Shown here piece by piece: positions 1 through 8,765 of a stretch of 64,000 bases of DNA. The notes beneath the pieces are model-generated. The model had not been told where the DNA came from. It worked only from the letters and a program-made list of their open reading frames with translations, and searched no databases. Made by a program: the position numbers and the translations under genes. Within the stretch, counting starts at the first letter, position 1. Each line of letters begins with the position of its first letter. This DNA is from Escherichia phage vB_EcoM_FB: the sequence record MT682711.1; one strand, written 5' to 3'.

Positions 1-49
1 TGCTCAGCGGAGGTCAAACACTTAATATTGTACATAATATTTCCTTAGA

Positions 50-2261
50 TTAAGCCGCTTCCACGGCTTTCATGAATTTAACAATTTGAGCTACAGAAGC
101 CTCGGTAATGGATGTTCCACGACGATACATGTAGTCCGAAACTAAATGGTAATCAGATTCAAACTGTACAGTCATTTTATCATTGTTGCTTGAAGCATTA
201 TCAGTCAACTTAAAAAAAGTATTGTTACAAATTTTCTTGATAACGGAAAGCTTATCATCAGTGATATAACCATGGAAATTCATATAACGGAATATATCAT
301 AGAAATTACTCAGACGAGTATATGCTTCAGTTACCGGCTTATCACTGAAATACTTGGTCATGAAATTAAGCTGAGGGAACTTAGCAATGATTTCAAGGTA
401 ATACCGAGCTCGAGTATTGCTACCAAGGTAGTCATCAACATCTACCGCGTCTAAGGCTTCAGCATAAGCTTCTAATGTAGCTTCCATCAAGCATTCGCAT
501 TGGCCTAACTTTTTAATCTTTTTGGCAATCTGAGGGCGAATGATATGGAATTCGGTAGCACCAATCAAATTAGCCATACGACACATGGTAGTGGTATTGA
601 TGTCAAAGATACCATAAGCTTCATCCATTCCCATAATATCAGAACGACTGCCAAACAGAACATAACCTGTAATTTCTTCTGCTTCGGCAGCAGTCAAATA
701 CATGGTCTCTTGTTGCCAGCGCCCGTCTTTAATGAACCAACGATAAGCACTCGGTGTTTTAGGACGCGGTTCTGATGAACGGACAGTAACCGGAATCCAT
801 GGCTTAACAATTTTATTCAGTTCAGAGACTTTATAAAAATGAATTGTGTCACCTTTAAAAAGTTCTTTAACCTTTTCAAGTTGTTGCATTTGCAACATTG
901 AATTTGGGTCGACAAAAATAAGGTCAGTTCCGTATTTAGGAATATTGTTCTCTTTAACAATTTTCTTAGCCGAAGCACTGTTGTCCATTGCCAGAGCCCA
1001 AAGACCTCGAACTAATGGCACACGACCTTTTTCATCATCATAAACAACATGGATTTCTTTCTTATTAATGCCTAATAAATTACTAAGTCCTGCTACCGAA
1101 GAAGTATTACCACTTGACTTAATTCGTTTCAAACGTGGGTCTGAAACGACTTCGTAAACCACACCTAAATTAATAAGGTCGTTTTGAAGTGTATAACACT
1201 GGTATAATTTCTCATATGTCAATTTTTCTGTAGTAAACAGGCTAGTTCCACCTTTTTTGGTAAGATAGTCACGAGCACTGTAACCAAGGTTAGAAAGGTC
1301 ACGATAAACATGGCGTGGATTATCAGATTCAACCCATTCCTATGTATCGTTTTTAAAGACCACTGCATCCAGTGCTTCGATACGGGTTGCAATATTTTCC
1401 ATCGTACGTTTATCAAGAGACAACACTTCACGAGAAGGAGCAATATCCAGTGAACCCATAGGGAACTTAATATAAACTACATCATGGCGAGTACGCATCC
1501 ACGTGCCTTTATTATAGGCGGAATCCAATGGATAAACAATACCACCATAAACTGCATAAAGTCCTGAACGTTCGAAGCTGCCATAATTTGTAGTGGTTAC
1601 AGGATGGTAATCGTCAAATTCAGGGAAATAATCAACTTCAACACCGTCTACATCACCAAGACCAATGAAAGGCCGCATGATATAACGAACTTCAGTTTCA
1701 AACTTACGGAAATCTTCTTCATCAACAGGAACCGTGATTTCGATACCTGTTTTATCACCTGGTTTCATAGGTTCTACGAAAGTAGGTTTAATCTGTGGTC
1801 CATCACCATCCATATATGCTACATAACCGCGAACTTCACCGTTATGCCATGAGGTAATATTAAACGTTTCGGTATAACTGAACGGAGATTTTGAACCAAG
1901 GCCAAAGCCACCGATGAAATCGTTAGAAGCCGTTTTGGATGACGCGAAATAAGAGTTGTACAAACCTGTTTCGTTTTCATCACCACGAATTTGGAAATCA
2001 CTCATACCCGGACCGAAGTCACGACATACAAAGCGAGGGTCCAGTTTACCAGGGACCTGTACTTTCCAACGTTCTTTATTACCATTCAGAATATGAGCAT
2101 CAATCATGTTAGTAATCAGTTCACGTACTACAGCAACGTACTTTATTACTATAAAGGTCTGATGACAAAATTTTAAAGACCTTAGGCGATGCCTGGATAG
2201 TAAAGCCTGTGGACTTAGCGCCATTACCAATGATTTGTTCTTTTTCGGTTTCAATAATCAT
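50..2261 (-). pseudogene. rIIA: rIIA-like membrane-associated GHKL ATPase, disrupted: +1 frame change near codon ~40 and an in-frame TAG at 1340-1342
   Basis: ATG at 2261 with upstream GAGAAAAAT gives [14 protein letters not shown]..., then the frame shifts into ORF 1340..2254 carrying the GHKL N-box ([11 protein letters not shown]) and G1 box (RDFGPGMS); amber TAG at 1340-1342 separates it from the in-frame ORF 50..1222; first gene of the T4 map by position. Confidence 0.7.
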
Positions 2262-2268
2262 ATTTTTC

Positions 2269-2472
2269 TCAATTCAGGTTACGTTTAAAAATATTTGCCA
2301 CTTCAAGGAGCTCGTCCTTAGTAGCGATGTCGTTGAGTATTTTATATCTGATTTCTTTAAAGCGTTCTTTAAAATCCTCAGCTGCATTGATATCAAAAAA
2401 TCGCTGGATTAACCGGAATTCTTTATGAACAGCTTTATCAAACAAATCAATATTCACTTTAAAGTTTGTCAT
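2269..2472 (-). CDS. hypothetical protein (rIIA.1 position)
   Basis: 67 aa ORF immediately upstream of rIIA, co-oriented. Confidence 0.5.
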   Translation of the reverse strand: MTNFKVNIDLFDKAVHKEFRLIQRFFDINAAEDFKERFKEIRYKILNDIATKDELLEVANIFKRNLN

Positions 2473-2782
2473 TTTTAACTACCTCATGTTGAACATATTC
2501 TCTGGTAGAACCTAGTTCAGCCAGAATTCTTCTCATAGAACCCATTGTACTTTTGTGCTCTCTGTGGCGATACATTATCTCTAAAACCTTTTCCTGGACA
2601 ACAGGAGAGAGCGCCTGGTTATCTTTAATCTTTAAGGCAATAGATTTTACAGCCTTAAGGTATTCAAGTCCCTTACCGCTTGTAGTCACTACTCCTTCGT
2701 CCTTACAGTTACGAATGGCTGTTTCCATAAAGGATAGAGCCAGGTTGTCAGTGTTCACTATACTGTTATCTTGCATAATCAT
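2459..2782 (-). CDS. hypothetical protein
   Basis: 107 aa ORF; AGAGGTGAGA Shine-Dalgarno upstream of ATG. Confidence 0.55.
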   Translation of the reverse strand: MIMQDNSIVNTDNLALSFMETAIRNCKDEGVVTTSGKGLEYLKAVKSIALKIKDNQALSPVVQEKVLEIMYRHREHKSTMGSMRRILAELGSTREYVQHEVVKNDKL

Positions 2783-2785
2783 ATT

Positions 2786-2830
2786 CTCACCTCTTAGAGA
2801 ATCGTATCATACTTTTAATCAGTTGTAAAC
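2786..2830 (-). promoter_or_regulatory. early sigma70-type promoter-like element (GTTTAC -35, TACGAT -10)
   Basis: rc of 2825-2830 is GTTTAC, 18 nt spacer, TACGAT; sits just downstream of terminator hairpin. Confidence 0.4.
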
Positions 2831-2858
2831 CCCGAAAAGGGCCCGAAGGCCCTTATTA
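2831..2858 (-). terminator. intrinsic terminator-like hairpin with UUCG loop
   Basis: aagggcc-cgaa-ggccctt palindrome at 2837-2854; short U tract on minus strand. Confidence 0.45.
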
Positions 2859-2860
2859 GT

Positions 2861-3061
2861 TTAGTTACTTGAATCGACCTTATAGACTTGTCCGCGGGTT
2901 TGGTAAACTTCGCCGTCCCATGTCTCGACTGTAATAGTCACGTATTCTGCAAACTGAGGTCTAGTATCAGTCCAGATATAACCGTATTCACCGGTGACGA
3001 GCGTAACCCAGTACTTTCTCATAAAGTCTCCTTTTGTATGGCACCAATTAGTACCATACAT
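2861..3061 (-). CDS. hypothetical protein
   Basis: 66 aa ORF between gene 39 and terminator. Confidence 0.5.
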   Translation of the reverse strand: MYGTNWCHTKGDFMRKYWVTLVTGEYGYIWTDTRPQFAEYVTITVETWDGEVYQTRGQVYKVDSSN

Positions 3062-3066
3062 ATTTA

Positions 3067-4887
3067 TTACGACATCCAGGCCTTACGGAGTTGAGGGTCA
3101 TTACCAAGGAGCATTTCGAACTGTTCTTTCCAATCTTCAGGTAATTGAACAACATCAAATTTAGGGTCTTGAATCATTCGGCGGTATTCAGCTTTCTCAA
3201 GAGAACCTAGTCCTTTGATATACCGAATAGAATGTTTTGGTAGAGAGTCCTTAGCTTTGGTATAACTAGGAACATCATAGAACCATTCCTGTTCTTTACC
3301 AACCTGAGCAATAATCACCGGAGTTTTACAGAACCGTACTCGGCCTTGTTTGAACAATTCAGGCCATTGGCTAAAGAAGGCTAGCAATGATGGATAAATC
3401 GAACCAGTACCATCCACATCGGCATCAGTCATGATAGCAATATTACGATAGTTGGTTTTCTCTGCAGGTTCACCAATAACTAGTCCAGTGATTGCACAGA
3501 TATCAAATAGTTCTTTGTTCTTCATGATATCAACTGCAGGCATACCCCAGGTATTCATAACCTTACCACGTAATGGATAACCACCTTGAAGGTCTTTATT
3601 ACGGACTTCAATGAATGGACCCATAGCTGAATCGCCTTCGGTCAGGAACAATGTGGTATCAGCATCTTTACCATACATATTCGCCTTGATGTGCTTATGA
3701 ACCTTAGCTTTCAAAGCTTTCTTAGCGGCTTTAGTTTCAGCTGCCTTTTCGGCTGCTAATTTACGTGCTAAAGCAGCTTCGATAATGGGCATCAATACTG
3801 CTTCAGAATTAAGAATGCTTTTGGCCAACTTTTTAGTATCTAACTGAATATGACTACGGATTTCGCCATAAGGGCTAGTCAAACGCTCTTTAGTCTGGGA
3901 ATCAAAACGAAGGTTTTTCATTCCACGGACAAACATCAACATAGTTAGACATTCTTTAACTCGAGCCTTAGTTACTTCGATTTTATATTTCTTTTTAATA
4001 GCTGGAATCAATTCATCACACATATCATCCATTACGCATTCAATGTGATGGCCACCATTTTTAGTATGAATATTGTTCACATAAGTTAAATGACGGAATC
4101 CGTCAGGGCTTCGACCGATTGCAATAGAGCATGTTTCTTGTTCTTGAGTTACAACTTCTTCATCAAACTGCTTAGCATATTTTTTAAACTGGCCTTGAAC
4201 CTTTTTACCATTAAATTTAAATTCTATGTCGGGATAAACCACTGACAAGGTTTGCAAACGGTCTAAAGTAACATCTAAATAGATTTGGTCAAAAGCTGAC
4301 ATTTCAAAGTGGGTAAAATCTGGAATAAATTCAACCTTTGTTCCATTGGCTTTAGATGCTTTGGTTTTCCAAGAAACGTTATCAGCATTATTAGAACAAT
4401 TTACTGATAGCTCATTTTTGCCATCTGAAGTTACACCCGTAAACAACGTAGAGAAAATATTTGTTAAGCTCGAGCCTACACCGTTTTGGCCGCCCGTGAC
4501 CCGTTCTTTATCGTCGCCAAAGTTACCACCTGCCATAGTCTTGGTCCAGGCAGCCACAGGTCCTGGGATTTCTTCACCTTCAGGAGTGATAACCATAGCC
4601 TGCGGAATGCCACGACCATTATCTTCTACAGTAACTTTATTAGTTTTTAAATCAATACCAACTGAGATTTTATTTGCAAATTTAAAATTGGTACGAATGG
4701 CTTCATCAACAGAGTTATCAATGATTTCATCTACTAATTTGAGAACACCTGCAACATAACGAATTTTTTTAAATTCACCAAAGAGAAAACGTTCATGGTC
4801 CTCGAATGATACACTTCCTATGTACATTCCAGGGCGTTTAATAACGTGTTCTTTAATACTAAGCATTTCAATTTTATTATCAATCAT
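3067..4887 (-). CDS. 39: DNA topoisomerase II large subunit (GyrB-like ATPase), single fused 39+60-type polypeptide
   Basis: 606 aa; GHKL motifs IIDNSVDEA and EDNGRGIP; TOPRIM-like C-terminal region; T4 map position. Confidence 0.9.
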   Translation of the reverse strand: MIDNKIEMLSIKEHVIKRPGMYIGSVSFEDHERFLFGEFKKIRYVAGVLKLVDEIIDNSVDEAIRTNFKFANKISVGIDLKTNKVTVEDNGRGIPQAMVITPEGEEIPGPVAAWTKTMAGGNFGDDKERVTGGQNGVGSSLTNIFSTLFTGVTSDGKNELSVNCSNNADNVSWKTKASKANGTKVEFIPDFTHFEMSAFDQIYLDVTLDRLQTLSVVYPDIEFKFNGKKVQGQFKKYAKQFDEEVVTQEQETCSIAIGRSPDGFRHLTYVNNIHTKNGGHHIECVMDDMCDELIPAIKKKYKIEVTKARVKECLTMLMFVRGMKNLRFDSQTKERLTSPYGEIRSHIQLDTKKLAKSILNSEAVLMPIIEAALARKLAAEKAAETKAAKKALKAKVHKHIKANMYGKDADTTLFLTEGDSAMGPFIEVRNKDLQGGYPLRGKVMNTWGMPAVDIMKNKELFDICAITGLVIGEPAEKTNYRNIAIMTDADVDGTGSIYPSLLAFFSQWPELFKQGRVRFCKTPVIIAQVGKEQEWFYDVPSYTKAKDSLPKHSIRYIKGLGSLEKAEYRRMIQDPKFDVVQLPEDWKEQFEMLLGNDPQLRKAWMS

Positions 4888-4935
4888 GTTATTTCCTCAT
4901 GTAGTAGGAGAATATTATCCCATTTCACTTAAAGC

Positions 4936-4958
4936 ATAAAAGGGCCGAAGCCCTTAAT
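4936..4958 (-). terminator. UUCG-loop hairpin (terminator-like)
   Basis: aagggc-cgaa-gccctt at 4940-4955; weak U tract. Confidence 0.35.
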
Positions 4959-5214
4959 CAAATCGAATGGTCGTCTTTTTAAAGAATAACCCAGAACAAA
5001 CAGTTCCTTCAACCCTTTTACCTGTCGGACCTACAGCAATAAAGCCCGTACGTTGGAAATCATCTTCAGAGCAGCCAAATAGGTTGTATCCTGTGATTTG
5101 GATTTGTTCGTAGCCATTTGCATCCAATACACGGGTAGCATTATCGGCATCAGTACATCCAACCAAAGAAACTGCTAATACGAGAGCTGCAATAGAACGA
5201 TTAATATATTTCAT
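4954..5214 (-). CDS. putative lipoprotein
   Basis: 86 aa; N-terminal signal peptide with lipobox LVGC. Confidence 0.55.
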   Translation of the reverse strand: MKYINRSIAALVLAVSLVGCTDADNATRVLDANGYEQIQITGYNLFGCSEDDFQRTGFIAVGPTGKRVEGTVCSGLFFKKTTIRFD

Positions 5215-5220
5215 AATTTC

Positions 5221-5397
5221 TCACTTAGTCAGCAGGTCGTAAAAACCGCCATTAACATGTTTAGGAGCCGAGACTAACCGAACAGCCAGCCGATGGCAAT
5301 CAGGACAAACATCATTATCTCTTTCAGAGATTTTCTTGATTTTTTCGTATTCTTTTGCACAGTCTTCAGATTGGCATTTGTAATCATAAAGTGGCAT
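5221..5397 (-). CDS. small zinc-ribbon protein (FmdB-like CxxC...CxxC)
   Basis: 58 aa ORF below track cutoff, translated by hand: MPLYDYKCQSEDC...CPDCH; TAA of upstream gene abuts its ATG. Confidence 0.5.
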   Translation of the reverse strand: MPLYDYKCQSEDCAKEYEKIKKISERDNDVCPDCHRLAVRLVSAPKHVNGGFYDLLTK

Positions 5398-5398
5398 A

Positions 5399-5806
5399 TT
5401 ATTCCTTAAAGTGAGCTTTCAACATCTGGAAAACTGACCAGGCTTCAGAATTATTAGAGATAGTGATTTTAGTTAAAGGAAAATCACTCGGTTCGAATGG
5501 AGCTGCATCTTCAGACCGGTCTTCGTCTTCACTGTCAACTACAACCATTTCTGTAAAGAATTTACGCTCGCTTGGATATAAAACCATATCAGTGTTATCA
5601 CCATAAGCCAAGTCCACGTTCATCACATAACCTGCCGCTAATCTAACAGGGCAAAAACCTTCAGAATTGACAATGATATCTGCTATAGAAGAATTATTAG
5701 GATTCCTAATATTATGGGAATTCAGCTTACGGAATTCAGCTTCTGCCGCATCATCTTTAAAATAGTACCATTTACCTTTTTCAAATTCAAGTTCTTGATT
5801 AAGCAT
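5399..5806 (-). CDS. hypothetical protein
   Basis: Track ORF 5399..5899 trimmed to internal ATG at 5806, which overlaps the upstream stop (ATGCTTAA). Confidence 0.5.
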   Translation of the reverse strand: MLNQELEFEKGKWYYFKDDAAEAEFRKLNSHNIRNPNNSSIADIIVNSEGFCPVRLAAGYVMNVDLAYGDNTDMVLYPSERKFFTEMVVVDSEDEDRSEDAAPFEPSDFPLTKITISNNSEAWSVFQMLKAHFKE

Positions 5807-6017
5807 TATAAGTTTCCTTCCAGAAGTCGGTGCCTTCAGCAGTGATTTCACGGAACACTGCATAGATAGGGTTTTCATCACCTTGGTTTTCGTATACATA
5901 AACCGACGATAAATGAGAAAACGTATCAGAATGTTCCTTTTGAACCACGATTAAATCAGGGTTGAACAGAACATCTTCAAATTCTTCACGAGTCGAGTTC
6001 ACAGTAACTTTAGCCAT
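5799..6017 (-). CDS. hypothetical protein
   Basis: 72 aa ORF; GAGAGGAAAAT Shine-Dalgarno; promoter upstream. Confidence 0.55.
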   Translation of the reverse strand: MAKVTVNSTREEFEDVLFNPDLIVVQKEHSDTFSHLSSVYVYENQGDENPIYAVFREITAEGTDFWKETYNA

Positions 6018-6035
6018 TTTATTTTCCTCTCATTT

Positions 6036-6076
6036 GTTGATAGGGTAATCTTATCACTACCCTACCATATTGTATA
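6036..6076 (-). promoter_or_regulatory. early promoter-like element with TAAGAT -10 flanked by inverted repeat
   Basis: GTATAC ... TAAGAT ... TACCCTATCAAC; ggtagggta / taccctatc inverted repeat around the -10. Confidence 0.4.
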
Positions 6077-6090
6077 CTGTTTTTTAAACT

Positions 6091-6657
6091 TTATGCAAAA
6101 TGAATATCAGCATACTCGACGATAAAGCTCTCAGGAACAACCTTAAAGGTTCCAAGGAATACGATGTTATAGAGCTTAACGCCTTCTTCAACCCACTGGT
6201 CTGTGATGTAACCGGACATACTAGTGGTTTCATAAGTCGGACCATACTTGCAATTGTATTCAAACGGTTTAGGTGAAACGAAAAAGACACCTTTACCTAA
6301 TTTCCATTTAAAATCAACACCGACATGAGATTGGTCAATAGTTTCAACGTCTTGAGCTACTACGCCACGGATATCATTGCTTTCACATACATATCCATCA
6401 TGGGATTCAACTTCTTCAACTACAGGAGCGATGTATCCGGTAAATTCAGTAGATTCCAAGAATTTAGCACGCACATAACCGAATTGAGTTTCGGTCTGGC
6501 CATTTTTAGGAATGATACGCACTTTTACTTCAGAATTTTCTTCACTGACGCCTTCTTTAAGTTGGATGCTAACAACTTCAACTAAACGGCCCGCAGCTTT
6601 TGAACGAGACTTTTTGGATACACGAACAATACCGCCGATATCGGAAATAGTAATCAT
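6091..6657 (-). CDS. hypothetical protein, paralogue of 6730..7281
   Basis: 188 aa; C-terminal YITDQWVEEGVKLYNIVFLGTFKVVPESFIV matches WVTDQWVEDGVELLNVVHAGDFSVVPRSAVV in the neighbour. Confidence 0.6.
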   Translation of the reverse strand: MITISDIGGIVRVSKKSRSKAAGRLVEVVSIQLKEGVSEENSEVKVRIIPKNGQTETQFGYVRAKFLESTEFTGYIAPVVEEVESHDGYVCESNDIRGVVAQDVETIDQSHVGVDFKWKLGKGVFFVSPKPFEYNCKYGPTYETTSMSGYITDQWVEEGVKLYNIVFLGTFKVVPESFIVEYADIHFA

Positions 6658-6691
6658 AATTTTCTCTCTTGGTTAAAGGATTATTCTCCAT

Positions 6692-6728
6692 GAGAGCCAT
6701 TATAACATGGCTCTCGATAAAGTAAACT
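6692..6728 (-). promoter_or_regulatory. early promoter (GTTTAC -35, 17 nt, TATAAT -10) with the -10 inside an inverted repeat
   Basis: rc 6723-6728 GTTTAC; rc 6699-6704 TATAAT; gagagcc (6692-6698) / ggctctc (6709-6715). Confidence 0.55.
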
Positions 6729-6729
6729 A

Positions 6730-7281
6730 TTAATTCAATACATTAACCACTGCACTACGAGGTACTACACTAAAATCACCTGCATGGACAACGTTCAGAA
6801 GCTCAACACCGTCTTCAACCCATTGGTCTGTTACCCATCCACAGATAGGATTATCAAAAGGACGACGGATAGACACAGCAGCACACAGCAGGTCAGTAGG
6901 GTCTTGTTCGACTTCAACTTCTTGGAACAGGATGAACTCTGCTTCATAAACCAAGATTTTCTCTATTTTGTTATTATCTAATCGACGGCCGTGGATGACG
7001 TAAGATTTAGTAAACCAGTCACTTTTGGTAAATTCTTCAACAATAAATTCGCCTTCGCCAAAAACCTCAGTCAGAGTTTTATGGCCAGAAATCAAGGCCT
7101 TAGTTTTAATTTCAGGTTCAACCAGTTTGTAGGTTTTGCCGATTTCGATAGTCTGAGTATTCATAGCAGGTTCCTTAATTTCCAGTGGTTTAACAGGGCA
7201 TACATAAGTGCTTAAAACATCAAAATCAATCAGTTTAGCTGCCGGATTCGGGGTGTATTTAGGGTTGTAATTAAATTTCAT
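6730..7281 (-). CDS. hypothetical protein, paralogue of 6091..6657
   Basis: 183 aa; shared C-terminal domain with the neighbour. Confidence 0.6.
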   Translation of the reverse strand: MKFNYNPKYTPNPAAKLIDFDVLSTYVCPVKPLEIKEPAMNTQTIEIGKTYKLVEPEIKTKALISGHKTLTEVFGEGEFIVEEFTKSDWFTKSYVIHGRRLDNNKIEKILVYEAEFILFQEVEVEQDPTDLLCAAVSIRRPFDNPICGWVTDQWVEDGVELLNVVHAGDFSVVPRSAVVNVLN

Positions 7282-7787
7282 ATTGTTCTCAATTCAATAA
7301 AATCTACGAGTTCAGCATGGGATTTGCGGAACATTACTTGGCGGCCACCAATGACAACCTCATCTTCAGGGATTTCGTAAACGGCAAGATAGAATCCTTT
7401 AGAAGATAATTCTTCACGCTCTTCACGAGTGAACCAGCGCATCATATCATACTCACTGGCAAAAGCAAAATGGTAGAGATTAACAAACCAACCTGGAATA
7501 TAATCATCACAGCCTTCATAATCAGGCTGGTTCCACTTAGTTCGAATGGTTTTATTAGAATTTTCCACCAACAACTTGTCTTGACCTGGTAGTGGAATAT
7601 TTTTATTATTGGTATGGTGGTGTCTAAAATTAGGTTTGTCGAAACCTACTTCTAATAACCAACCTTCGCTCCATTCATCAAACGAGCCTCTATACGGTGT
7701 TAATTGGCGGCACTGTTGGTGAGTGATTGCTATAACATCGCTGTTATCTAAGATACTGAACGATGACTCCACTCGATAAATTTTCAT
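7278..7787 (-). CDS. hypothetical protein
   Basis: 169 aa ORF; GAGGAGAA Shine-Dalgarno; own promoter. Confidence 0.55.
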   Translation of the reverse strand: MKIYRVESSFSILDNSDVIAITHQQCRQLTPYRGSFDEWSEGWLLEVGFDKPNFRHHHTNNKNIPLPGQDKLLVENSNKTIRTKWNQPDYEGCDDYIPGWFVNLYHFAFASEYDMMRWFTREEREELSSKGFYLAVYEIPEDEVVIGGRQVMFRKSHAELVDFIELRTI

Positions 7788-7810
7788 TTTGTTCTCCTCA
7801 TGTTGATAGG

Positions 7811-7843
7811 GTAGATAATATCATGTCATGAGGAGAAGTAAAC
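7811..7843 (-). promoter_or_regulatory. early promoter (GTTTAC, TATTAT -10) with anti-SD in spacer
   Basis: rc 7838-7843 GTTTAC; rc 7815-7820 TATTAT; catgaggagaa (7827-7837) is the exact reverse complement of the SD region ttctcctcatg (7792-7802). Confidence 0.55.
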
Positions 7844-7847
7844 ACTT

Positions 7848-8522
7848 TTATCGATTTTTTATACTTAATGGGTCAGGATTCTCAGGGACATCTTCCAGAC
7901 CCAAGGCGTATCGTTGGGCATATTTAAGCATCAAGATATCCTTAGCACAGTCATGGATGGAGTCATGAGCAACAAAGCCATTCAATGTTCCGTTAGGCAG
8001 AGGACACATGCTCAATCCACGAGTTAGTGAATATGCTTCAATAGCTGTACGGATGTCACGTTGGTTCCAGAATTTAACCGGTTCTAATTTACTGGTATCA
8101 ATTTCATTCTCAGGAACACCTTCAGAACGATAAGCATCACGGATTAGGTCTACTAAGATAGGAAAGTCAAAGGACATTCCACGGCACCACATCTGAGATT
8201 TCCATTGGTCCACTTCGTTTTTACGGCAGTATTCCAGGAAATTACCGAGACCAATAGAAGTGGACACATCAATTTCAGATGGAGCCAGGTTTTTACGCGC
8301 TTCAGGCCCTTGCTCTTTCCACCACTGCAACGTGCTTTTAGAAAACAGTCGTTTATCACGTTGAGAAGCGAGGTCAAATTTAATACGAAGGCCTCGTTGA
8401 GTAAGCTCTTCAAACGTTTCTACAATCTCTGGATTAGGGTCGTAAGCAATTACGGCTAGGTCGATAACCGCTGCATTTTGAGTAGTGGCAAAGGTTTCAA
8501 AGTCAATAATTATATCTTTCAT
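7848..8522 (-). CDS. dexA: exonuclease A (DEDDh 3'-5' exonuclease)
   Basis: 224 aa; IIDFETF exo motif, HDSIHDCAKD C-terminal motif; T4 map position between 39 and dda. Confidence 0.8.
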   Translation of the reverse strand: MKDIIIDFETFATTQNAAVIDLAVIAYDPNPEIVETFEELTQRGLRIKFDLASQRDKRLFSKSTLQWWKEQGPEARKNLAPSEIDVSTSIGLGNFLEYCRKNEVDQWKSQMWCRGMSFDFPILVDLIRDAYRSEGVPENEIDTSKLEPVKFWNQRDIRTAIEAYSLTRGLSMCPLPNGTLNGFVAHDSIHDCAKDILMLKYAQRYALGLEDVPENPDPLSIKNR

Positions 8523-8758
8523 TTAACGTACCTCATAAGGTCTCGGATTTGGCCAACGGTGTAGTCTTCAATATAAACCGAAGAGATATTGTCGTCCATC
8601 AGATTTTGTACTGCAATAAAATCACTTTCAATCTCTTTAAGAGAGTTCAGGACAGTATGGGCCTTTTGCCTAATGCTGATATTATTTTGGTTGACTTTAA
8701 TAATATGTTCGGTTTCGAATTTCAACTTATAAAATTGGTCTTTAGTTACTTTAATCAT
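8519..8758 (-). CDS. hypothetical protein
   Basis: Track ORF trimmed to ATG at 8758 (MIKVTKDQ...) preceded by GAGGAAAAT, 8 nt after dda stop. Confidence 0.5.
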   Translation of the reverse strand: MIKVTKDQFYKLKFETEHIIKVNQNNISIRQKAHTVLNSLKEIESDFIAVQNLMDDNISSVYIEDYTVGQIRDLMRYVK

Positions 8759-8765
8759 ATTTTCC

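Noticed and set aside
50-2254. Treating ORFs 50..1222 and 1340..2254 as two separate genes
   Set aside because: They share a frame and are separated only by one TAG; the downstream ORF starts at a TTG chosen by the ORF finder and lacks a ribosome binding site. Together they are one disrupted rIIA.
2269-3061. Gene 60 with its 50-nt translational bypass
   Set aside because: The topoisomerase subunit is one continuous 606 aa ORF and the small ORFs here show no GyrB-like sequence.
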